A DNA stretch of 58,161 nt, from NCBI GenBank assembly GCA_024278135.1, contig JAJRTU010000113.1, positions 1 through 58,161 on the forward strand. Direction: 5' to 3'. Both the position numbers and the translations under genes were made by a program. The stretch is from Gammaproteobacteria bacterium. Lineage in GTDB: Bacteria > Pseudomonadota > Gammaproteobacteria > Eutrophobiales > Eutrophobiaceae. Positions 9,843-20,000 of this stretch are shown here, in pieces. Position 1 is the stretch's first letter. Each line of letters starts with the position of its first letter. The notes under the pieces are model-generated. The model saw only the letters and a program-made list of their open reading frames with translations, did no database searches and was not told where the DNA came from.

Positions 9843-10700
9843 TCAGTTTGAGTTTTCATCAGCTTGATAAGCAACATCCACCTGGTAATGAGTACGCATT
9901 TCCTGATAGGTTTTTTCTTTTAGCGCCATGAGTTGCTCATTTATAACATCGTCCAGTATCCGCGTCCTGATGTCTGCAAAATCGGGAACAGTTGACTTTG
10001 TGACATGTTCAATACGCAGCAGATGCGCACCGTATTCAGACCATACCGGTCCTTGCCATTGCTCCGTTTTCATGGTGAACAGATCCCGTGCAAATTCGAC
10101 CCCAAATATTTGTGCGACCCGTTGCTGACTTCGCTCCCTGTAATCGTATTGCAGTATAAAATTATCTCCCCTTTCCGGTGCACGCAATGGCGTCGGAGCA
10201 ACTGACAGCATTTCAAGTTGCTCTTTGGCATCATCGAATACGGAGGCACCACGTTTCTCTTTACTGAAATAAATATGCGTAAAGCTTCGCTTCTCCGGTA
10301 CGCGGTATTGTTCCCTGTGCAATTTGAAATATTCGAGCAGTACCGCCTCGTCAGGTCTTTGCAATTGTGACAGGTTGGCGGAGAGAAATTCCATTTTTTG
10401 TATCAGTCGTCGCCGCACGATAGTGTCATTTTCGTCCAGACCCAGTCGCTTCGCCTCTCTCAACAATACTTCCTGATGGATGAGTGATTCCACCAGTTCG
10501 TCCAGTACTGCGCTGTCAGGTGTACTGCCATTTTGTCTTGTCCATTGTTGGCGTAATTTATTGACCGCTTCCGCAGTAATTTGGATATCATTATCATCTT
10601 TGAGAAAAGCATCTTTTGAGGTCAGCCCGTAGAGAGAAAACAACAAGGCGCCAATAAACATAAAATGGACGAAAGGATCACCTAAGCACTTCCGGAACAT
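9843..10700 (-). CDS. PpiC/parvulin-type peptidyl-prolyl isomerase-like protein, membrane anchored
   Basis: DPFVHFMFIGALLF anchor, EVLLREAKRLGLDENDTIVRRRLIQKMEF, SFTHIYFS, WQGPVWSEYGAHL. Start at ATG 10700 after a GAGGAG RBS. Confidence 0.85.
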   Translation of the reverse strand: MFRKCLGDPFVHFMFIGALLFSLYGLTSKDAFLKDDNDIQITAEAVNKLRQQWTRQNGSTPDSAVLDELVESLIHQEVLLREAKRLGLDENDTIVRRRLIQKMEFLSANLSQLQRPDEAVLLEYFKLHREQYRVPEKRSFTHIYFSKEKRGASVFDDAKEQLEMLSVAPTPLRAPERGDNFILQYDYRERSQQRVAQIFGVEFARDLFTMKTEQWQGPVWSEYGAHLLRIEHVTKSTVPDFADIRTRILDDVINEQLMALKEKTYQEMRTHYQVDVAYQADENSN

Positions 10701-10820
10701 CGCTAACTGCTCCTCATCGGACTGACAATGGCATGACAGTTCCTGAGCATGCTGCACTCGCTGGAATCGCCGGGCATTCAGAACGCGCTTTCCCTGTATT
10801 TATCATTATTGACAGACGAT

Positions 10821-12332
10821 TCAATCCAGTTGATAACCGGCCTCAAAGTCACTGAAGCGCTGTTCCAGGTTCCACTGCCAGGTGGCTTTTTCACTGCTTG
10901 CCAGAAATTTTCCACATTGCCGATCCGGCGTATCCCTGTCTGGTGAAGATGAAGCGCACTGCCCGACAAGTTGACCGCTGCCAGTGGATACGAACAAACT
11001 GTTACCGGCAAGAAAACTGTAGGCCAACGCATTGCGGGAGTAATATTTCAGATCCGCATAACTTAAATTATATGTGTCTACGGCGCGCTGATATTCGCGA
11101 GTCAGATCAATACGCGATACGCCTTCATCGTCCGTGGAAAATGCCATGGGAACCTTGTATTTACGGTAGGCATTGAATGGGTGCTCATTATCCTTGATAC
11201 CCAGTATAACTGCATTACTGCTGAGGTTGATTTCCACCATGATGTCCTGCTTTGCCATGTGCTACATCAGTGTCCGGGCGTTTTTGTCGTAAAATATGTC
11301 GATGCCATGGCCGATACGTCGGGCTCCGGCTACTTCTATGGCTGCACGAATATGCCAGCCCAGATCTTCCGGCGGTACCAGACCCATGACAATTTCGCCG
11401 GCATGCAGGGTGATGCCACGTTTCGCGGAAGGGAAAAACTCCGCCAGTCCACCAATCATTTTCATCTGCCAGTGATAATCGCGCAAGGACACCGGATGGT
11501 CTTCCGGCGCGACAAAATTAAGACCAACGTAACGCGGGTCTTTTTCTATCAGCCTGAATGCCAGCAGAGTTTGCGCCAGCACCTGTTCTCGCGGAAATAC
11601 CCGTATCACCTGTGCCAGATAACGAACAGGAACATCACAACCTGAATCGGCCTGCGGGCTGTCACAGGCGAGTTGCTCACGCCATTGCTGTTCTATACGA
11701 TCAAGTCTAGCCATAGTGCCGTCAACCAGTTGTTCAATATCAGGATTCTTTGCCACGACAGACAAGGGCACAGTCAAGGCAAAATCTTTGTTCCCTGCTG
11801 CCAGGCGGCGTGCTTTTGCCATGCCGTAAGACTGCATCAATTCCAGGTAAACGATATTCTGCCTGGCGGCCCGGGTACTCACTTCTGCCAGCATCTGTCC
11901 CTCATGTCCCAGACTTGCTTCAAAAAAACGTCTGAAAGTTGAAAAGAACTGATCATGTCCCGAGACAGATCGCTGTGCATAGTTACGCACAGACAGGGCA
12001 TCAATGATGGGGTTGACGATGGCGCTGTTGTATTGAATATCACGCAAGGCCGGTTTATCGGCCTCAGCATTGCAGGGTGGTGGCGCTATCCTGTAAGTTT
12101 CGAGATCGATACATTTCCCGTCCTCTGCCGCCCAGGCGATAAAATTTTCCGCATATATCGCCCCATCCAGATGATTATGCAGATCCCCCCCCTTGGGGAA
12201 GCTGTAAAGAAAATGTCTCAACAATGGGGGGTCGTGGCGAATTTCATTAAAGTAGGCTTCAGTTTCCTTTTCTCCTGCCATAGCAATGAAAGGCAACAGC
12301 AAAGCAAAAAGGACAGCGGATAATAAGGTCAT
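10821..12332 (-). pseudogene. Secreted-type adenosine deaminase interrupted by an in-frame TAG at 11262-11264
   Basis: The two track ORFs are in one frame: ...ARTLM*HMAKQDIMVEINLSSN. The N-part has PKGGDLHNHLDG, LHAGE and RIGHG; the C-part has STDDEG. Hydrophobic signal-like N-terminus. Could be a sequencing error. Confidence 0.8.
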
Positions 12333-12383
12333 AATATTAATCTTATTCTCATTAACAAGGATTCAATCCAGCCGGACAGGACC

Positions 12384-13412
12384 TCAGCCACTGCCGGTGA
12401 TCACCTGCACCAGCCTTTCCTCAAAGACCGGCAAATTTTTCCATCCCGTCGCACAGTGAACAATACGCCCGTTTTCTTCGTCAATAACAGTGTAAGCATC
12501 ATCGGTAACGCGCAAAGGCAGATCTTCCATTACCAGTAAATCCTGTGCATGAGCCATGTACACCGCCACCGTATCGAACAAAGTTGAACTCATTCTGGTC
12601 AGATCGGGTTTGGGAACCAGCCAGCTTGCCCTGGGTAACCATAGTGTATAGTTTTCAATGAGTGTCTTCATCCAGGTATCTTCGCTGCGATATACTTTCT
12701 GATAATTCTCTCCTTGCAGCCGCACCAGTCCACAGCTGTCAAGTGGCGTGATGGAACAATCCCAGGGCGCTGCAAATACGGCCTGCAGGGCCAAGGGATC
12801 CATTTTTACATTCCATTCCACTGCCTGCTTCGACTCACCATCATAACCGATACGCACAGAACCCTGCATACCGACAAAACGGGCATTTTCCGCAATCGAA
12901 GGATCACGCCGTAATGCCTCGGCAATGTTCGTCACGGGACCGATGCAGAGTAAAGTGACAGGTTCGGGAGATTGCTTAATCGACTCTATCATTGCCTGTA
13001 CACCATCCTGATAGACCGTGCCCGGATAGTCTTCCAGACGATAGTCACCCAACCATTCACTTTGGTTGCCGGGATTATCTGCTGGATCCAGTCCGATACC
13101 GATGGGAATATCAGTATGACCGAGAGTTTGTAATAATTTTGCCAGCAATCGTGAGCGATACCTGGTATTGCCGAAATCAGTCGTAATCAGCTTTACATCT
13201 ATCTCAGTTGAACGCAGTAACATCATCAATGCCCAGGTATCATCAAGATCATCGCCAATATCGGTATCCAGAATAAGCGGGATTGTGTTTTCCTGAGGTA
13301 TCTCCGGGGAGATGGCCGATTTTTCGGCGGCATCACTGACACGAAACAGGCCAGGCAGCGTCGAGAAAAGGGCCAGCGCACACTTATTGAAATATCTTCT
13401 GGTGAAAATCAC
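12384..13412 (-). CDS. Nucleoside hydrolase (IU-NH family), possible Tat substrate
   Basis: ILDTDIGDDLDD Ca-binding motif, IGPVTNIA, EWNVKMDP; N-terminal TRRYFNK. Start uncertain (GTG 13412 or TTG 13442). Confidence 0.85.
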   Translation of the reverse strand: MIFTRRYFNKCALALFSTLPGLFRVSDAAEKSAISPEIPQENTIPLILDTDIGDDLDDTWALMMLLRSTEIDVKLITTDFGNTRYRSRLLAKLLQTLGHTDIPIGIGLDPADNPGNQSEWLGDYRLEDYPGTVYQDGVQAMIESIKQSPEPVTLLCIGPVTNIAEALRRDPSIAENARFVGMQGSVRIGYDGESKQAVEWNVKMDPLALQAVFAAPWDCSITPLDSCGLVRLQGENYQKVYRSEDTWMKTLIENYTLWLPRASWLVPKPDLTRMSSTLFDTVAVYMAHAQDLLVMEDLPLRVTDDAYTVIDEENGRIVHCATGWKNLPVFEERLVQVITGSG

Positions 13413-13715
13413 GGATACTCTACCCTGTTCCAAAAAGATCAATTTTAATATAAAACGAGTTCAAAGATATGCAATTTCATTTTTAATATACCCCGTTCCC
13501 GGGAATATTTCACAAAACTGAAATCCATCTGAATATGACTATCAGCTTCGAAGGCCTTGTGGATATTGAAAGTAAAGTGACAAGCGTAAGCTGAACCGAG
13601 TATCACTATTCAGCGCAGTCTTGTTTTGAAGCAAAAACAGTCTCAGATCAGCAACTCACTGCGGCCGGAACCTGTTTCAGATTCCCCTGCCTGTTATTTT
13701 CCTGCGGCATTCGTT

Positions 13716-16208
13716 TCAGTACATTTCCTTCGTGGATTTCGTATTGCAATCATTGTTCACTGAACTTTGGAGCAGTTCATCAAACGGTAATGGTTTACCT
13801 ATACCATAGCCCTGAGCATAATTAACCCCGATCTCTTTCAGCATACCCTTTATGACATCATCTTCGACAAATTCGGCAATGGTCTGCATCCCCATTACCT
13901 GGCCAATCTCGTTAATTGATTTCACCATGGCACGATCAATGGGATCTTCAACGATGTCCTTGACAAATATCCCGTCGATCTTCAGATAATCCACCGGCAG
14001 ATTTTTCAGATACCCAAACGACGAAAGACCACTGCCGAAGTCATCCAGTGCAAACCGACAGCCCAGTTCCTTCAAGGTGATAATGAATTTGATTGCAGTA
14101 CCCAGGTTCGATATTGCCGCGGTTTCGGTAATTTCAAAACATACTTTCTCGCCAATAATTCCGGATGCCTCCAGTTTTGAACGAATAAAGTCCAGAAAGG
14201 CCAGATTGGCCAATGACTGCCCGGAGAGATTGATGGAGATAAAACAAATCTGCTTTTGAAACTCCGGGTTCTCCGCCAGCAAGGTAAAGGCCTTTTCAAT
14301 GACCCAGCGATCGAGTCGTTCTATAAGATTATAGCGCTCGGCGGCGGGCAAAAAGGCCCCCGGCGGAATAATCTCTCCTTGCTCATCCTCCATTCTGATG
14401 AGCAATTCGTAATGTTTATCGTCACGCTTGTCAAGCGGTTCAATGACTTGTGCATACAGACAAAAACGATCGTCTTCAAGGGCTTGATGAATGCGGGATA
14501 CCCATTGCATCTCACCGTGACGCCGAGTCAGTGCTTCATCTTCAGGGTGATAGACATGAATGCGATTACGCCCCAGGTCCTTGGCCATGTAACAGGCAGC
14601 ATCGGCCTGCTTCAACAACTCTGTCAAGCTGGGAATACTCTCGGTGATGGCCACCAGACCAATACTTACACCCACCCTGAAAGACTGTCCTTGCCAGGAA
14701 AATTGATAGTCCTGTACAACCGTTTGCAATGACGTTGCAACACGTTGGGCATGCTCCAGCGTACAGTGCTCCATCAATACGCCGAATTCATCCCCCCCCA
14801 GACGGGCCAGAGTATCGCGTTGTCTTACTACAGCCTGCAGTACCGATCCCAGTTGGCGCAGCATTTCATCCCCCGCCATATGACCACAGGTATCATTCAC
14901 CACCTTGAACTGATCCAGATCAAGAAAGCAGAGTGCATGATCTGTATTGTCCCGTTTTATCGTGGCAAGCAACCTCTCAGCCCGACGCTCAAACTCTCGA
15001 CGATTGATCAAGCCGGTCAGGGCATCATGGGAAACCTGATAGCTGAGCTGTTTCTCCGCCAGCTTGCGCTCTGTGATATCAATAGTAATACCCAACAAGC
15101 GATCCACCTTGCCATCGGTACCATTGATAGGGACAAAGTTAGCACGGAATTCGAGTCCCTCTGTGCTGCGAAACTCGAAATCCGCAAACTCACCTGACAA
15201 TGCGGAGTCCATCAGTCTGGAAACACTCTCCCGATCGTCGTCACAGACAAAGCTCAGATAAGCAAGACCGAGAATGGCGGATTCATCCTCTGCTTTAAGT
15301 ATCTGCAAGCCGGTACGATTCATCGATATAAACCTGCCTTTTGAGTCAATCTGATGAATGCAGTAGGGTGAGGATTCGACCAGAGTACGATATTTTTCTT
15401 CACTCTCCCGTAAGGCTTTTTCTGATTTCCTGCGTTCAGTAATATCACGACCAATAAAAACTATGCAGGCTGTATCACCAAAATGAATAATGCTGGACGA
15501 AACATCGACAAGAATAAGATCGCCGTTTTTCACTCGAAATTCTATTTCAAAATTACTGACCGCTCCATCTTTTTCCAGCAAGGCACGTAACTCATCCCGC
15601 TGATTGATGTCAGAGTACACATCTATTTCTGCAATGGATTTTCCAATCAGATCTTCCCGATGATAGCCGGTAACTGTTTCAAAATGGTGGTTGATATCAA
15701 GTATTCGGCCCTCTTTCAAAGTGCTGATCCATATGGCATCCCTGACCTCGTTAAATACACTGGTGAATTTTTCCTCAGACTTATGCATCGACATTTCCAG
15801 TTCGTTAATATGCTGTCTGTTATATTCATGGAGTGCGCTGTGTACCGCGCTCAATAAATTATCCGGCTTGCCAGCCTTCTCTACATAGGCAAAGGCGCCG
15901 AGGTTCAGAGCGTCTTTAGCACTTTCATAGGTGCCATAGCCGGTATGAATGACGATCTGGATCTTGTTGTCCTGGGCCTGCAGTTTTTCCAGCAGTTCAA
16001 TCCCGCTGCCGTTGGTAAGACGCAGATCGATCACCGCCACCTTGAATTGTTTTTCATGAACCTGTTGCATCACCTCCGAAATAGTCGCACAGGCGATGAC
16101 TGAGAAACCCTCATATTCCAGAATATCCTGCAAGGTCTGTAACTGTGAGCAATCATCGTCGACCAGCAACAAATTCGAAATCCGATCATGTTCATAGACA
16201 GACTGCAT
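13716..16208 (-). CDS. REC-PAS-PAS-GGDEF-EAL c-di-GMP signalling protein
   Basis: LLVDDD...VIDLRL receiver, two PAS ending DITERR/K, RQRDTLARLGGDEF (RxxD I-site present), ELLIR, EITE, DDFGSG. Confidence 0.93.
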   Translation of the reverse strand: MQSVYEHDRISNLLLVDDDCSQLQTLQDILEYEGFSVIACATISEVMQQVHEKQFKVAVIDLRLTNGSGIELLEKLQAQDNKIQIVIHTGYGTYESAKDALNLGAFAYVEKAGKPDNLLSAVHSALHEYNRQHINELEMSMHKSEEKFTSVFNEVRDAIWISTLKEGRILDINHHFETVTGYHREDLIGKSIAEIDVYSDINQRDELRALLEKDGAVSNFEIEFRVKNGDLILVDVSSSIIHFGDTACIVFIGRDITERRKSEKALRESEEKYRTLVESSPYCIHQIDSKGRFISMNRTGLQILKAEDESAILGLAYLSFVCDDDRESVSRLMDSALSGEFADFEFRSTEGLEFRANFVPINGTDGKVDRLLGITIDITERKLAEKQLSYQVSHDALTGLINRREFERRAERLLATIKRDNTDHALCFLDLDQFKVVNDTCGHMAGDEMLRQLGSVLQAVVRQRDTLARLGGDEFGVLMEHCTLEHAQRVATSLQTVVQDYQFSWQGQSFRVGVSIGLVAITESIPSLTELLKQADAACYMAKDLGRNRIHVYHPEDEALTRRHGEMQWVSRIHQALEDDRFCLYAQVIEPLDKRDDKHYELLIRMEDEQGEIIPPGAFLPAAERYNLIERLDRWVIEKAFTLLAENPEFQKQICFISINLSGQSLANLAFLDFIRSKLEASGIIGEKVCFEITETAAISNLGTAIKFIITLKELGCRFALDDFGSGLSSFGYLKNLPVDYLKIDGIFVKDIVEDPIDRAMVKSINEIGQVMGMQTIAEFVEDDVIKGMLKEIGVNYAQGYGIGKPLPFDELLQSSVNNDCNTKSTKEMY

Positions 16209-16214
16209 TTCAGG

Positions 16215-17000
16215 TCAATCCTGCGAAGTGGGCTTTCGGATATGATTCGAGACTCGCTGACGACTCAGCTTTTGCAGCATTTCCAGGATATAATCCATGT
16301 CCAGCGGTTTCCTGACTATTGTGTAGGCGGTTCGTTTTACCGCCTCTCTGGCAATTTTGGCGAACTCCCCTTCCATGCCGCTGATCATGATGGCAATAGA
16401 GCGGGGGCTTTTCTTTTTAATCGCAAGATAGAGATCCAGTCCGTTCATGGCTGATAATTCAACATCGATAAAAACCAGATCGTAGTGTATCTGCTCCGCC
16501 AGTTCGAGGGCATCATACGGTGACGCCACCAACGTCACCTTGTAGCCTTCATTTTTCAGGTTTGTTTGCAGAGATTCCGTCGTCTGTTCATCATCTGTCA
16601 CAATCAGGATGCCGGTATCTTTGGCTTCATCAATCAGCCTGATCACTTTTTCTATATTCAGCGGTTTGGGCAAAAAGGCGATGGCACCTTCGTTCAGGGC
16701 CCCCTCCTTCAACTCTTCAATACTGCAGGCACTCATCATAATGACTCTGACCCCTTCATGATGACGGCGTATGTGTAGGAAGGCCTCAATACCATCCATA
16801 CCCGGCATACGGACATCCATGAGGATGACATCGAATTTCTGTGATTCACACAGGGCCACCGCTTCTTCACCGGAGGCCGCCGTGTCAACTTCATAGGATT
16901 CATCACGCAGAATATCGGCCAGGGTGAGACGCATGTTTATCTCATCATCAACAATGAGGATGCGGTGTGCTTTACTTGTATGAATGTCAAATGACACCAA
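16215..17000 (-). CDS. Tandem double-receiver response regulator without output domain
   Basis: ILIVDDE...LMDVRMPGMDG...KP and ILIVTDDE...FIDVELSAMNG...KP. Confidence 0.9.
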   Translation of the reverse strand: MVSFDIHTSKAHRILIVDDEINMRLTLADILRDESYEVDTAASGEEAVALCESQKFDVILMDVRMPGMDGIEAFLHIRRHHEGVRVIMMSACSIEELKEGALNEGAIAFLPKPLNIEKVIRLIDEAKDTGILIVTDDEQTTESLQTNLKNEGYKVTLVASPYDALELAEQIHYDLVFIDVELSAMNGLDLYLAIKKKSPRSIAIMISGMEGEFAKIAREAVKRTAYTIVRKPLDMDYILEMLQKLSRQRVSNHIRKPTSQD

Positions 17001-17014
17001 ATATTTCCCTATAC

Positions 17015-20000
17015 TTATGTGCTGCTTGAATTTGTGCGCTGAGGTAGTTTAATCCGAAACATGGCGCCCCGTCCATCTTGTTCAACATATTCCAGTGTTC
17101 CTCCATTTTTTTCAATTATCTGCCTGCTGATCGTCAGACCAAGCCCGGTACCCTTGGCCTTGGTCGTGAACAGAGGTTCAAACAATCGGGTCTGCTGTTC
17201 AGCATCGATACCCGCGCCGGTATCCTGCACCGTAATAATATCCATACCATCGGCACGCTGCCCCCGGATAAAAATATCACCCTCAGCTTCAATAGATTGC
17301 AAAGCATTAACAAGCAGGTTGTCCAGCACCTGACGCAGTTGTGCGGGATCAACATTGACTACAAAAGGCTCTTCTTCAAATTGCAGATGACAGCGGATGG
17401 TATCGGCGGGCTTTACCCGTTCTATTCCCTCGGCCACCACGCTGCCCAGATTAACTTTCTGTTTGACCGGTTCTTTCGCACGCGTCATCTCCAGCAGATT
17501 GCTGATAATCCGGTCAGACACATCAATTTCCTGATCAATAATATCCAGATATTTGGCTATTTTCGGATTATCTCCAATCAGGCGTCGATTCATGTAATAG
17601 GCGGCATTACGTACAGCGCCGAGCGGATTTCGCAATTCGTGGGCGATGCTGGCGGCCACCTGACCTACCGCAGCCAGCCGTGTCTGAGTGACCAGTTTCT
17701 CTTTGAGCCTGTCCAGCTCCTTTTGCACCTGCTCTGTTTCTCCGCGCTTTTGCTCCACCAGTTGCTGATGCGCAATATTGACCTGTCGCTCGGCCTCGAA
17801 GCGCTGCAGTTCCGCTGCGGTTCGAATGGCAAACAACTGCAGAATGGCCATCATCGCTTCCGTCTGTTCTATTTCACCGGAATCCAGCACCACCAGCAGG
17901 CCGATGGATTCACCGTCCGGATTTCTCAGCGGAGAAGCCGCATAGCTGTCAACACCCATTTTCACCAGCAGCAGATCATCTGGAAATTTCGCCTGTACAT
18001 CTCTCGGATGGATGCAGGGCCCGCCGCTGATAATATTTTTACAGGGAGTCCCTTCAAGATCATAGGAAAAATTGTCGACATTCTCCCCCCGGGCCGAAAC
18101 TGCAATAGTCTGAATACGTGATTTGTCTTCACCCGCCAACAAACCGATGAAGGCATACTCCACATCAAAACCGATGGCAACATGCCGGACCAGCGATTGC
18201 AGAAACTCCTCACCGGTTTCCCCCATGACACCTTCCGCGACGTAGCGCATCAGTTTTTCCAGACGCTTGTGTTCGGTGATGTCCTGCAGGGTGCCGCCAA
18301 ACCGAACGACATTGTTTTTTTCATCTCGATAGACCTGGCCAATTGACTTCATTACCCATTCCCTGCCCGAATCATTGATAATTCTTACCACGACACTGTA
18401 AGGCTTGTCACCGTTTTCCATTGCCTCATTGAACGCATTCTGCCACCTCTCCACATCATCCGGATGCACCATCCGGATAAATGCATCAAAGCCGGGACTG
18501 AAACTGTACGGATCCTTGTCGAACAGTCGGTAAGCCTCTTCCGACCACTCCAGCTTCTGTGAAATGAGACTCATTTCCCAACTGCCCAGCCGGGCAATCT
18601 TCTGTGATTCAATCAGCTGTGATTCTCTTTTTGCAACGGTCTTTTCCGCCTGTTTACGTTCGGTGATGTCATTAACCACGCCCCAGGAACGTGTCAATTT
18701 TCCATTCTCGACAGTGCCGATCTCTGTATTTAAAAAGTATTTCTCAGTGCCGTCAGACAATATTTCACATGACTCCGTTGCTTTCAGTACATAGTTATTG
18801 GCGACATAGGCTTCGATCATTTCCAGTAATGCCGGTGTTTTCTTCTTTAATGCGACAGAGTGAGTCCCGATAACATCCTCCGCTTGACGGTATCCATACA
18901 TCCTCGCATATTGATCATTGCACTCACCCACTGTGGCTCTTTTTGTCAGCAATTCAACCTGCTCATCCACTGGCAGATCAATGGGGACACCGGGTTCAAT
19001 TTTGTACCAGCGTATGCCCTGAAAACTGTTCTCCACCAGAGAACGATAAAGATTCTCGCTTTCCCGCAGGGCATCCTCCATCTGTTTTCGTTCAGTAATA
19101 TCATTGATTAATGCCACCATGCACTCTTCACCGTCGACTTCAACCAGAGAAGCGGATATAAAAACCGGAAAAATTTTTCCATCCATACTCCGCAATCTGG
19201 TTTCAAAGTTTGCGACCTGTCCGTTTTCCCTGAGTTTTTTTATCAGTGTCATTCTGTCCTTCAGATTCACCCAGAAATCCATTGTCGTCATGCTGGAGAC
19301 ATCCTTCATCGGCAGATTGACAAGTTTTGCCAGCCCCGGATTGACATAGACCAACTGGCCATCCCGCAGACGGCTGATACCTACACCCTGAAGGGTGGCA
19401 TCAAATATCTTTGACAGCTTTTCCTCGCTTTCCCTCAGCTCCTTTTCCGCCCATTTTCGCTCGGTGATATCCCGCCATACACAATGGAGTATTTTTTTTC
19501 CCCGAACCGGAACGGCGGTCAGCAGTACTTCCGCCGGAAAGATTTCACCGTTTTTTCGTAAATGCATCCATTCAAAACGGTGACTGCCCTGTTCCAGGGC
19601 AATCGACATCATTTCATCCGCTTTTTCCAACGAACTTCTTCCGTCAACCTGTTTTGGCGGAGATAACTGATATGGCTGACAATTCAGAAATTCGTTCTTG
19701 CTTGCATAACACAGCATCTCGACAGCGGCCTGATTACAGTCTACGAACTTTCCGTCGTCAATAATGAGAATCGCATCGGCCGATTTCTCAAAAAGCACTC
19801 TGTACTTTTCCTCGCTTTCGCCCAGGGCCTGCTCCGCCCGTTTACGCTCGGTGGTGTCATTCACGACACCCCATGTTTGAATCAGTTTGCCGTTCTCAAC
19901 CGTGCCGCGTGCGGTGTTCAGAAAATATTTGACTGAACCATCAGAAAGAACTTCGCGTGACTCCGTGTCCTCCAGCATGTAACCACCCTTCACAAAGGAT

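Noticed and set aside
11262-11264. Stop-codon reassignment or pyrrolysine as the explanation for the in-frame stops
   Set aside because: The two interruptions use different codons (TAG and TAA). TAG terminates full-length genes here (HupE/UreJ, CNT, deoC, P450, Rid), and no pyl genes are in the window.
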